A DNA stretch of 64,000 nucleotides. Source: Squalus acanthias. Lineage: Eukaryota. The stretch is from assembly GCA_030390025.1 (NCBI GenBank), contig CM059433.1, forward strand, positions 27,282,001 through 27,346,000. The letters run 5' to 3'. A model generated the notes under the pieces. It ran no database searches and was not told where the DNA came from. It saw only the letters and a list, made by a program, of their open reading frames with translations. Shown in pieces: positions 13,310-24,327 of this stretch. A program made the position numbers and the translations under genes. Within the stretch, counting starts at the first letter, position 1. Each line of letters opens with the position of its first letter.

Positions 13310-15768
13310 CAATAAGGAGATATTTCCTAACTCTCAACAAAGATATATTCCAGTGAGAAAGAAAGACTCTACGAGAAGGATGAACCATCCGTGGCTAACT
13401 AAGGAAGTTAAGGAGGGTATCAAATTGAAAGAAAAGGCATACAATGTTGCGAAGATTAGTGGTAGGCCAGAAGATTGGGACATTTTTAGAAACTTGCAAA
13501 GGATGACTAAAAAATAATAGAGGGAGAAAATAGATTATGAGAGTAAACTAGCAAGAAATATAAAAACAGACAGTAAGAGTTTCTACAAGTATATAAAAAG
13601 GAAGAGAGTAGCTAAAGTAAACGTTGGTCCCTTAGAGGATGAGACTGGGGAATTAATAATGGGAAACAAGGAAATGGCAGAGACTTTGAACAAATATTTT
13701 GTATCTGTCTTCACAGTAGAAGACACTAAAAGCATCCCAATAATAGCGGAAAATCAAGGGGCAAAAGGGAGGGAGAAACTTAATACAATCACTATCACTA
13801 GAGAAAAAGTACTAGGCAAACTAATGCGACTAAAGGCTGACAAATCCCCTGGACCTGATGGCTGCAGAGATAGTGGATGCATTGGTTGTAATCTTCCAAA
13901 ATTCCCTAGACTCTGGAAAGGTCCCAGCGGATTGGAAAACTGCAAATGTAACACCCATATTCAAGAAAGGAGGGAGACAGAAAGCAGGAAACTATAGGCC
14001 AGTTAGCCTAACATCTGTCATTGGGAAAATACTGGAATCCATTATTAAGGAAGTAGTACCAGGACATTTAGAAAATCATAATACAATCAAGCAGAGTCAA
14101 CATGGTTTTATGAAAGGGAAATCGTGTTTGACAAATTTATTAGAGTTCTTCGAGGATGTAACGAGCAGCGTGGATAAAGGGGAACCAGTAAATGTGGTGT
14201 ATTTGGATTTCCAAAAGGCATTCGATAATGTGCCACATAAAAGGTTACTGCACAAGATACGAGCACATGGTGTTGGGGGTATTATATTAGTATGGATAGA
14301 GGATTGGCTAACTAACAGAGAACAGAGAGTCGGGATAAATGGGTCATTTTCAGGTTGGCAAACTGTAACTAGTGGGGTGCCACAGGGATCAGTGCTGGGG
14401 CCTCAACTATTTACAATCTATATTAATGACTTGGATGAAGGGACCGAGTGTACTGTAGCCAAATTTGCTGACGATACAAAGATAGGTGTGAAAGCAAGTT
14501 GTGAGGAGGACACCAAGGGCTGGATTTTGTCAGCCCCGAGGAGGCGGGTATGGAGGCGGGACAGCAGGTAAAGTTGCAGTGCAGAAAGTGGGGGCGGATG
14601 GCAAACCCGCCCCCATCCCACCTCCGTGCCCTTTTGCCAGGAGGCGGGAAGATGTCCTGCTTTGGGTCCCGTCTCCTTGAGGCGGGAAAGGGATTAAATC
14701 CTTTTAACTGCCTGTTAACAGGTAGTTAAAAGGCAGAAAAAAGGATTAGTGCCATTTTACCTTTTCAGGTCAAGGCTTCCCGACCTCGGAGAACCTCGCC
14801 GGGTTGGAGGAGTCGAGTAGGAGGTCTGCGGGGGTTGGAGGGGCCTGAAAGTGAGGTGTAGAGGTGAGTGATGGGTGCAAGTGTGGAGTGGTAAGTATGT
14901 GAGGTGAGTGTTAAGTGTTATAAAATCTTCACTTACCTTTGTTTCTGTCTACAGCCTTCAGTCGTGGTGGTTCCGGAGTCCCGACATCTTCGTTGTAGAT
15001 TTCAGACTGGCTGTTGGATCCTCCGAACCGACAGTCATCTGCTTTCTACAAAGTTGAAAGGTTTGATGAGTCCTGAACAAAAGGTCTCATCAAACTACAC
15101 AGAATGTCAGTGTTTGACAGCTTCACAGAGCTGTCAAACGCTGACATTTCTTCTTTCAAGAAGTCTTGACAGATGGCACGTCAGATGTTGACGTGCTCTG
15201 TCAATGACTTCCCCCTAATTGGCCTGCTGAGCCCGCAGGGCGGGCTTAACAAGATCAATCAAGGGAAAATCCCTCTGGTTGGCCAGAACATGATGGAGGC
15301 GGGACTGAGACCTGACAAGTAGCAGTCCCGCCTCCAGCACGTCTCCATTCACAAAATCCAGCCCAAAGAGTCTGCAAAGGGATATAGATAGGTTAAGTGA
15401 GTGGGCAAAAATTTGGCAGATGGAGTATAATGTGGGAAAATGTGAGGTTATCCACTTTGGTCGGAAGAATAGAAAAGCAAAATATTATTTAAATGGAGAG
15501 AGATTACAGAATGCTGCGGTACAGAGGGATCTGGGTGTCCTCGTACATGAAACACAAAAAGTTAGCATGCAGGTACAGCAAGTAATTAGGAAGGCAAATG
15601 GAATGTTGGCCTTTATTGCAAGGGGGATGGAGTTATAAAAGTAGGGAAGTCTTGCTACAACTGTACAGGGCGTTGGTGAGACCACACCTAGAGAATTGCT
15701 TACAGTTTTGGTCTCCTTATTTAAGGAGGGATGTACTTGCATTGGAGGCATTTCAAAGAAGGTTCACT
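13310..15768 (+). mobile_element. CR1 LINE ORF2 fragment split by a Harbinger MITE
   Basis: ORF 13858-14571 ([31 protein letters not shown]) resumes after 15364 (MEYNVGKC). Confidence 0.92.
14517..15364. mobile_element. Harbinger-type non-autonomous element (848 bp) nested in CR1
   Basis: Perfect 14-bp TIR gggctggattttgt / acaaaatccagccc; approximate 3-bp TSD caa/aaa; homologous to 24328-25172. Confidence 0.88.
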
Positions 15769-16252
15769 TTTTTCTAACCGCACTAAAAATGTTACTGTAA
15801 TATCAAAAAGAAAGGTGCAGCTATTTACACTTTCTAGTTATGCTTATGCTTTTTTAATATAAAGTCCCAAAGTGGATATCGGGGTTCTCTGTACATTATA
15901 GGACTCAGTTTGCATAGTAAAAGGGCCTATCACAGTGGTGGGCAAAATACAGCCCATATCCTGCCCGCCAAGTCATTCTATCTGGCCCGCTGGATAGGAC
16001 AGAAATAGAACACGAGCCAGAGCTCAAGCTGCACATTAGTCACTTTCACTTCTTATGGGTCAGAGACGGACCCGAACTGCAGCCAGGAAACACACAGTAA
16101 TACTTAATTCAATTTATCAATTCACAAAAGCAATTCTCCCCAGCCCGATCTTTAAAGGATCCGTTCCGCAATTCTGGGCCCCAATGGCAGATGTCAATAC
16201 CCAGAATGCACTACCATACTCAAATATGCCTTATCTATTTTAGAGTCGAGTC

Positions 16253-16394
16253 ATGGCTGCTCATCTCCATGACTCTTTTACCAAAGAGACCTGCGCTGCG
16301 TCTTTCCTCTCCCGGTACACAGAGTACGACGGCCGGGGGGCTTCTCATTGCCGTCTTAGACACAGGAGTGGATCCCGGAGCACAAGGACTCCAG
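16253..16394 (+). pseudogene. TPP2: Captured tripeptidyl-peptidase II exon 1 (small deletion, +1 frameshift in a G-run), followed by intron sequence
   Basis: MAAHLHDSF..KETCAASFLSRYTEYDGRG / LLIAVLDTGVDPGAQGLQ|gtaatg versus TPP2 KETGAASFLCRYPEYDGRGVLIAVLDTGVDPGAPGMQ as recalled. Confidence 0.88.
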
Positions 16395-16792
16395 GTAATG
16401 GCACACGATTATAGATACTGCGCATGCCCTCATTGCTTATAGAGCAGTGTGTTTAGTCTGCCATCGTTTTTGTGGTCAATATTATTTCTGTCGTAATGGA
16501 GGGCTCTTCATTTCAACCTTGCTGTAGCTGGGGGACAGTAATGTGGGTTTATTTCTGTTCACTGGGTCAGTGTTCATGCTAATTGGAACTTCTGTTGAGT
16601 CTGGACTGTGTGTGTTGGGGCTGATAAAGGGTTTTGCGCCTTGAAATCAGATAGAAAAATAAGGAACAATGAATACCTGCCTGGAGTACTGGAAATAACA
16701 TGGCAAATGGCCAGCTGCACAGTCAAACATGTGACCACTGTATGTTTTCAAAGATAGTGCAAATGTAGCTGGTTGATTTCAAAAGCTCTTAT

Positions 16793-17002
16793 CAGGGGTG
16801 GCCAATTATTTGGGCTGGAGGGCCACTTAACAATACTGCACGTGCAGTATCTCTTCCAGCACAGGAGCTGGTGAGCAGCCTGCGCGGGACCTTGCGATTG
16901 GTGCGCGACCACGCACCTTAGGGGGAACATTGGTGTGCGGCACTCAACAGCTTGCCAAAACTTGTTAAGTGGCCCTCCAGCCCAAATAATTGCCCACCCC
17001 TG
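16793..17002. mobile_element. 210-bp hAT MITE forming the right end of the composite element
   Basis: About 41-bp inverted arms caggggtggccaattatttgggctggagggccacttaacaa / ttgttaagtggccctccagcccaaataattgcccacccctg. Confidence 0.88.
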
Positions 17003-17952
17003 GCCTAGCACCTAACTCAGGCAGATGCTCTGGCCACCCAGCAGTAGGCACTTGGGAAGATAGTGTCAGTCACACAATCGGTGGGAATGGGACAGCAAGT
17101 CGTTCCCCACCATTTCTGGGGTGCTACTGATCCGTTTCCGCCTGGCGAATGCCTTAAAATCTCCCCCATGGTCTTTTTCTTATCTGTCTCCGCTGTCTTT
17201 AAGTTGCTGTTTCTCTGCCACTCCTACTCTGCTTGTTTCTTTATTTCTTTTCTCTTCTGCTCCTCTTTCTCCAACTCCACATTCCTCTGTCTTCTTCTGA
17301 TTTTCTCTGTCATTTTCTTCTTTTCTTCTTTCCTTTCAGGCAGGGAAAGGAGCCACCAATTACTGCAGACTAAATTTAGGGTGTGGGTTAGAGAGAAAAT
17401 GTGGCTCACTGGCTCCCTTCACATTACTTCCTCAATCACTGCTGTTTCTCCTCACTCCCTTGCACCCATTGCTTGCCCTACCCCTTCACTTTCCAACTAC
17501 CCCATTCCCGTGAAACACTCCCAGGCCAGGTACAGTATAGGTTACACACAGAGTTGAGCTTCTACTATTCAGTACCAACAATATGCTCTAATGCCAATCT
17601 CCCACAGCACCAGTCTGTGGAATCCAACCTTGTGGCCTCCCTGAGCAAGATTGACAACTAAAGCGTAAATTGTCTACTTTCATGCTCCTGGTGCAAAGCG
17701 TTGCCCGCCAGAAGTGTGCTTCAGGAAATTATACGTGTAGCTCCCAATCTTGCAAGCATAAATTGCTTGATTTCTTGATATGCACACCCAGTAGCGAGCC
17801 TCCGCATCAGGAGTGTGCAAGTGGAAAATTCACCCAACACGGCATTATATGGGTAACTTTATGCTGTGAATCTACGCTCATCCACTGAGAGAGAGGATCT
17901 CAACAGTCTAGACTGGATCTGACCCTAAATCCCAAGGACACTTAGTCACTTA

Positions 17953-19553
17953 GGCAGCGAATTTAATAGCGCTGAGGGGGCAGGTTTGGAGGCGGGTCCG
18001 CTGTCAAAATAGCAAAGATTGACAGCGGGTAGGATACCCGCTGTCAACCCACCTCCACGCGAGTCTCCCAGGTGTTGGGTCTGTCAGTGGAGAACTGACC
18101 CGACACCAAGCGGCGGGGGATAATATTCAATTACTTAAATGGCTTGTTAAGAGCCAATTAAAGAGTATTTTGTGGCTTACTTCTAATTTTACCTTCTCCC
18201 CCACAGGTTACCCGCTGTTCGGGGAACACGCCAGCTCAACTTGGCGTGTTTTGAGTCTGCTCTGATGTTTGTGAAAAGCTGACAGCTGCAGAAGTGGTGT
18301 AAAGGATGCCATGTTGCAGATGGTAAGTTTCAGAGCAAAGAAAATGTTGGTTACTGCATTTTTAATACATATAGAGATTTCTTTAGCTTACAAGTTTTTA
18401 GGTCCAACTGTATGTCCAGTGCCACCTCATTGGGAGAACCTCTCTCACCATTGACAGATCGCTTCTGTCATCTCACCTGCAGCTGCCATCTATTGCAGCA
18501 ACATCGAAGCCAATGAAACAATCAGACCTTGGTCCTCCGAATCCTTCCACGATCAGCCCCAACACCAACATCACGAGGCACACCAACATCACCAACAACA
18601 TCACCAACCTCATCACCAACCTTCTCCGCCATCACCTGATGCTGCACTGGACACAGGGCATTAGCACCTGACAAAATTGCTGGTCAGGAGGCCAGCGATG
18701 GCATCACCATGGCCAGATTTTCTTCACTTGACGCTGTAAACCCTGGCTGCCACATGAAGCGCCAGGTTGACACCATCCCACACCAGCACCGTGAAGCATC
18801 CCTTTAATGTCCAACTCATCACTATAGCGGGGTTGGGGGGCGGGGGGATGGTGCTGGGGGGAGTTATGACTGAACAATCGCTGGAACTCAGTAAGACACT
18901 TCTCAATGTGCGCTCAGATCTGTCCAATAAGGGGCACTTTTTGAAAAAGAGATTTCGCTGTATGACAACACATTACCAGAAACTTCACATGGACATTGGC
19001 TAAACCTCTCAAGTGCCTACCCTTGTGTGTTGTTAGTTGGTATACTTGCAGTAGGATGAGGGTGAGTGTGAGGCATGGCTAGTGAGATGGGGAAGTGATA
19101 AAAGTAGATAGAGAGGGTTGGGTGGAGGTGCAAGGTATGTTGGTGTCCTGGGGAGGTCTCTTCCGCCCTTGGAAGGGAAGAGAACCTCCCTGCTTGCTGT
19201 GACTCCCTCCATAAGCATATGGAGGGAGTCATTGGAGAGCCTGGGTACAAGTGTTCACCTTTGTGCAGTGATTGTCAGTGTTTGCAGCACCTCAATGCTG
19301 TCAAACACTGACAGAACAACTGTCAAACTCCATGTGGACGTGGTCCCTTTAAGGAAATTGGCTGATGACGCGTTATCAAATGACGTCATCAGACCCACTT
19401 CCTGTTAATTGGCCGGTAAGCCCACAGGGCGGGCTTAACAAGGCCAATCAAGGGAAAATCATGTCTGCAGAGCGGATGCAGCTGGGAGCGGGACCGGAAC
19501 CCAGAAACCAGCTGTCCCGCCCCCATCCCGCCTCCTCCATTAAATTCATGGCC
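17953..19553. mobile_element. Internally deleted PIF/Harbinger element, TSD TTA
   Basis: TIRs ggcagcgaatttaat / attaaattcatggcc; canonical TTA on both sides; right arm homologous to 14517-15364; His/Gln/Pro-rich low-complexity remnant at about 18550-18625. Confidence 0.8.
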
Positions 19554-20621
19554 TTAAATGCAGAATACCTTCATCTAATGGATGAACTCTCTATGTTGGT
19601 TCAGGCAGCCTCTTCAACAGTGCACAAGTATAATAGCACAACACAAAGCTGCCATTTACAACAAACTTGAAAATAAACTTTAACAAATGCTGTACGTAAA
19701 CGAGAAGATAATGTTAGGCAATGTGAAATAGAGAAATATGGGTAACCTGTGAGAATCGTGCAGTGTACACTTCAGTTAAACAAAGAAAAGGAAAACCTCT
19801 CTCACTCCAAACAGCAGATATGTTTGTGAAGTTGTTTTTTGTCAATCAATTTTAAACACTGTATAGGTAAGGGATTGATCTGAGGGTTTGCAGGCATTGG
19901 GTCTCTGAGCAATTTGGGTTTATTTTTACGAAGTATTTTGGTAGTCACGTTTACCTATTGTAAATGTGGTAGCTTGGGCAGATGTTCCCCATCTTGGTTT
20001 CAAGGGAATATGTTATTTTCCATCCAGGTACCAGACAAAACAAGTGACTTAAATTGCACCAAAACCGCATGGAGGTGACCACGCAAACCCATAGTAACCA
20101 TTTCATTAACTATGAGAAGAACCAAAACCTGTAGCTCTTGTAAGGTGAGATGACATTCCTCTTGATTTAAGTGCAATATGTAGTTTGGGGTGTTTTTCAA
20201 TTGGTTTTGGTACTTAAAAAATCAAACAGTAAACACATGAGACAATTTTACAAATACACAGTACAGTGGAAGGGAAGCTTCCATTAAAATTCATTTTTGA
20301 GTTATTAATTTAGATTATTTTTGCATTAAGCATCACCGGCCACTCCTGTAAGCAGAATTTGTGTCCCCTATGATTCCGAAATGTACCTTTTACTGTCCAA
20401 TATCTAGGTAAACAATAGGGAGATCTAGGGATCATAACAGGGAACCTTTACTCTGTAGACAGACTCACCTCTCTAAGCATCAACTTAAAACACAAGCTAA
20501 TTTTTTGCACTGTGGAACAGATCACAGCCTCAGAAATTACCTAACTCTACACTGGTCAACACAAAACTTTAACACAGAGTTCTTCTCTGGTCGGAAAGCT
20601 GAAGATTCTTGAACTAAAATA

Positions 20622-21248
20622 GGCCTAGAAATTAGCCTCCTTAGCGCCTCCCATTATCGCCACCGACCTGGCATGGCGAGAAGATCGACTCCCACTATAT
20701 TCGGTGGGAGCTTTGCAGCGGCGGTATGGCGTTGTGCCCCGATCTCCTTCGCCCGGAGATCGTGACATCAACGCTGTGCGCATCGCCCTGGTCCCAAACT
20801 TCGGTTCTACCCCCTGCAGCATCACTGGGTGAAAGCACCGGCAGAAGGTGTTCATCGGGAGGCCAGGCGCTTCGGGGGTGATACTTAAAGGCGAGGTGGC
20901 CAAGGTAAGTAAAAAAAATTCTGAAATACTCTTTCTCTTTTTTTTTACACTTGTCTTCGCCAGCGATTGGTCAGCCCAGCACTCTGCTGCAGTGCATCGG
21001 TCTGATCGGGCCGGATCGTGGCTGCCGTCGGGTACCAGTTAAGTTTTCCCCTTGCAGAGCCTGCAGCGATGGCCCTTCCCTACACCTACCATCCCGCCTG
21101 CTGCCTGTTGCGCTGCTGGAAGGAAGTGAAGCACTTGATTTAGCGCTCCACTTCCTTCCTGGAGCGCAAACCCCGAATTAGCAGGCGCTAATTTTTTCAA
21201 CTTTTATAAGTTAGCGCCCCAAATGGGGCAATACCAAATTTCTCCTCC
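20622..21248. mobile_element. Harbinger-type non-autonomous element, same family as 5359-6251
   Basis: ggcctagaaatt / aaatttctcctcc ends; shared gcgccccaaatgggg and agatcgtgac motifs. Confidence 0.72.
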
Positions 21249-21351
21249 ATTAAACCTAATATTATCCCATAACTGATAACCCCTGGCCATCAAGCTGTCC
21301 ATCAAAGAGGACTGCAACCAATTAATGATCCCATTCCCTTGTCAAAAAAGA

Positions 21352-21761
21352 AAAGAAAGACTTGCATTTATATAGCGGCTTTAATGACTTCCCAAAGTGC
21401 TTTATAGCCAATGCAGTACTTTTGAAGTGTAGTCACTGTTTCAATGTAGGAAATGCAGCAGCATTTTTGCACACAACTAGCTCCCACAAATAGCAATGTG
21501 ATAATAACCAGATAATCTGTTTTTTGTGATGTTGATTGAGAGACAAATATTGGCCAGGTCACAAGGGATTACTCACCTGCTCTTCTATCGAAATAATACC
21601 ATGGGATCTTTTGCGTCCACCTGAGAGAGCAGACGGGGTCTTGCTTTAACATCTCATCTGAAAGAATGCACTTTCTAACAGTGCAGCACTCCCTCAGTAC
21701 TGCACTGGAGTGTCAGCTTAGATTTTTGTACTCAAGTCTCTGGAGTGGGACTTGAACCCAG

Positions 21762-21792
<31 letters not shown>

Positions 21793-21810
21793 AGCTGAGC
21801 CACAGCTGAC
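21352..21810 (-). mobile_element. tRNA-headed DeuSINE (SacSINE1-like) with an L2-like tail
   Basis: Minus strand: gtcagctgtggctcagctggtagcactc head, B-box gggttcaagtccc, Deu-domain core, tail ctatataaatgcaagtctttct. Confidence 0.8.
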
Positions 21811-22111
21811 ACATGAGGTCTAAGAAACAGCTGTCAATCAAACTCCTACCCCAGCCTGGGCCTGATTCTTGGTCTAAGTTTAGTTGTCAAGCAAACCTCT
21901 TGAATGAGATTTTCAAATATGATGTATATAATTATGGCATATTTTCTGTAACATTATACGGTTTTGATTATTTCAGATGAAACAATGTTTAAAACTTTTA
22001 CAAAATCAGAAGAAACATTTTAATTGATTATGCAAATATGCTTAAAATATGACTCAAATATATAAACATCACCTACTTGATCATTTCCAAAATGAGATAG
22101 TCAATACATAC

Positions 22112-22120
22112 CAAAATATC
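22112..22120 (-). CDS. COL21A1: Candidate 9-nt COL21A1 microexon (GAT ATT TTG, Asp-Ile-Leu)
   Basis: Minus strand gtctaat...ccttttt gaacttttattccag|GATATTTTG|gtatgt; fills the 3-residue gap between CEIPVV and CDSS (human CEIPGF-NGE-CLNG as recalled). Confidence 0.65.
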
Positions 22121-22639
22121 CTGGAATAAAAGTTCAAAAAGGTATAATTAGACTGGTGACTAAAGGACATCAATGCTCAATTAAAATAATGGATACAAAT
22201 TAATGGATATCCTAGCAACACACTGAAAAAAACTGGCACTGCCTCACCTTTTCCTATCAACTCTCATATGATTATAGCAGACTCAAATATTGGTCTAGAT
22301 TATACACGCTTGTTAATTCGGGGCGAGGTGGGTGGGTGGGGAGGGGGAACTTCTGCCCATCATAGCAATGTGGTTCTAGCCCCAGTCGATTTTTCTGGCC
22401 CCCAAGGTCATGGCCACATTAGAGGCTGCCTCCATGTTGCCTATGGGACGAGTAATGCTGGGATCCCCTGAGCGTGTTGAATTGACAAACAGGTATTTAG
22501 TACTGAATGCTTGTGATAGTGACCACAATTCAGAGGAGGGAAACCACAGGTAAATCCATGGCATATTGAGCCAAAGGTGGGGAACCTAAGTGCAGGAGTA
22601 ACAGGGTATTGTACAGTCAGGGAGTAGATAAGACACTTT

Positions 22640-22950
22640 TGTAGCCACAAACTGAGAGTCCTATAGCGAGTTGCCTCCCAGTTGACAGCTAATGTATATA
22701 ATAGAACGGGTGCTAAAGATTTTGGAGGGGGAAAGAGAACAGCCAGATGTCATGGTTCATTTTGGAACCAATGACATAGGAAAGAATAGAACTGAGGTCC
22801 TGTAAAGGGAGTTTCAAGAATTGAGAGACAGACTAAAGACGTAGACCTCAACATTAGTAATCTTAGGATTATGTCCATGCCACATGCCAGTCAGTATAGG
22901 AATAGCAAGATATAGGTATAGGAGGGAAGGGTTCAAATTCATGGGAGGAT
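22640..22950 (+). mobile_element. Degenerate CR1 ORF1 SGNH-esterase remnant
   Basis: Translates ILEGEREQPDVMVHFGTNDIGKNRTEVL*REFQEL (GxND block). Confidence 0.65.
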
Positions 22951-23673
22951 CCACACCAGCAGCATAGATGTGTAAAATTAACACTCTACTGTCTTTTTCA
23001 TGATTCTTGAAAAGTAGAAGATTGGTGGAAACTGTAGACACAGTGAGGTAGAGTTTCCAATTGGATGTTAGTTGGGTGGTGTGTTATCAGCATCTGTCTA
23101 ACTGTTAGTGTGCTGATCCCGCTTGATTTTACAGGTCCGATTCATTTGCATAAGTTTCAGGGCCATTTTGGCCGTTGCATTGGAAGTTTTCCAGAAGTGA
23201 GGGTCAAGAAAAATTGGGTGCAACTTAACCCTCAAGTAGGGCTTATAAGAGGTGATGAGTAAATTTAAAGGGATGCAGAAACTTAAAGTGGCCACATATG
23301 GAGATAAATATATTGGTAGCCTTTATATATTTCAGCCTATACAATGGCTATCTGGGTGACAAAATTACCTGGCACAATCCAATGGCTGGCACAATGAATG
23401 TTAAAGGCAAGAAAAGAGTTTGCGGCCAAGTGATGGAGCACCACAACACTCCAAACTCCTTTTTGATGACTGTTAAAGTGGAGGTGATGGTGAGGAGATT
23501 ATCCCTACTTGCCCGTACAGGGCATGCTGCCATTTTACAACAAGCAGCACGTCTGAAAAGAAGTGGTCGAGAAGAACTTCAGGGCGCAGCTGAGCATAGA
23601 TGCTACTGGCAGTACCAATCCTATGGGCACATTATATTCCATCTGCCACATCCCTGCCAAATTACTAACCTGT

Positions 23674-23731
23674 CTAAATCCCTAAACCCCTTACCCCAAG
23701 CCCCTTACCCTTAACCCCTTACCCTAAACCT
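23674..23731 (+). repeat. Degenerate (CCCTAA/CCCCTTA)n telomere-like short repeat
   Basis: ctaaatccctaaaccccttaccccaagccccttacccttaaccccttaccctaaacct. Confidence 0.5.
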
Positions 23732-24327
23732 ATTTGCACTGGATTACCAAGGTCTAAGCTCATCTATTAGAGAGTGTATGGATTGTGAAAATCATTTGAT
23801 GGTTTATATCAAGTATATCATTTAGATTCTGTAGTTAGTTTATTCATTTGCTTTGGATAAGATCTAATGCTGTCAAGAGCACAGCCTGGACTATGTATTC
23901 TGTAAACTAATGAACAGTCCTAAGAAGAAATCATTGGAACAGCAGGATTTACAAGTTTTATCTTCCATCTTTAAATAGCTGATCCAATCCTTGTTTAATT
24001 TAGCCTGATTTCATTTACCAGCCTTAGCTTTATTTTCATTTCCTCCTTCCTCCAGATTTACATCCCTGTGGATGCTGGGCCCCAGTTTCCAGTTCACATG
24101 CCATCCTTAGATTTTGAATTTTGTCATTCCCAGATTCTGAACTCATGTTCCTCTGGAGGCCATATCTTATTTTTCCCCATATCCCTAAGCTTCCTGATTC
24201 ACTCAGCCACCTGATCCAAGCCTTATTCATCATGGGCTCCTAATACACATCCCCTCGTGTCCTCTATTAAATTATTTTACCTCATTGAATCCTAATTTAC
24301 TTCCATCAGATCCTAAACCCACTCCTT

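Larger units (their letters stand above)
15933..17002. mobile_element. Composite Pack-type hAT (Charlie/Buster-like) transposon carrying a TPP2 gene fragment
   Basis: TIRs cagtggtgggcaa / ttgcccacccctg; 8-bp TSD gcctatca / gcctagca (7 of 8 match, central TA). Confidence 0.85.

Noticed and set aside
16191..16442. 83-aa ORF as a functional peptidase gene
   Set aside because: Only the C-terminal part is in the TPP2 frame; exon 1 is frameshifted and no further TPP2 exons are visible in the window.
17170..17340. Lys/Glu-rich or hydrophobic ORFs (17224-17409, 17063-17557)
   Set aside because: Low-complexity pyrimidine tract with no recognisable homology.
20469..20483. Alternative 15-nt microexon candidate (ttttaag|TTGATGCTTAGAGAG|gtgagt, minus strand)
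   Set aside because: Strong donor but weaker acceptor, and five residues do not fit the expected three-residue spacing. Cannot be excluded without RNA data.
22248..22253. 6-nt microexon candidate (ttgatag|GAAAAG|gtgagg)
   Set aside because: No polypyrimidine tract upstream.
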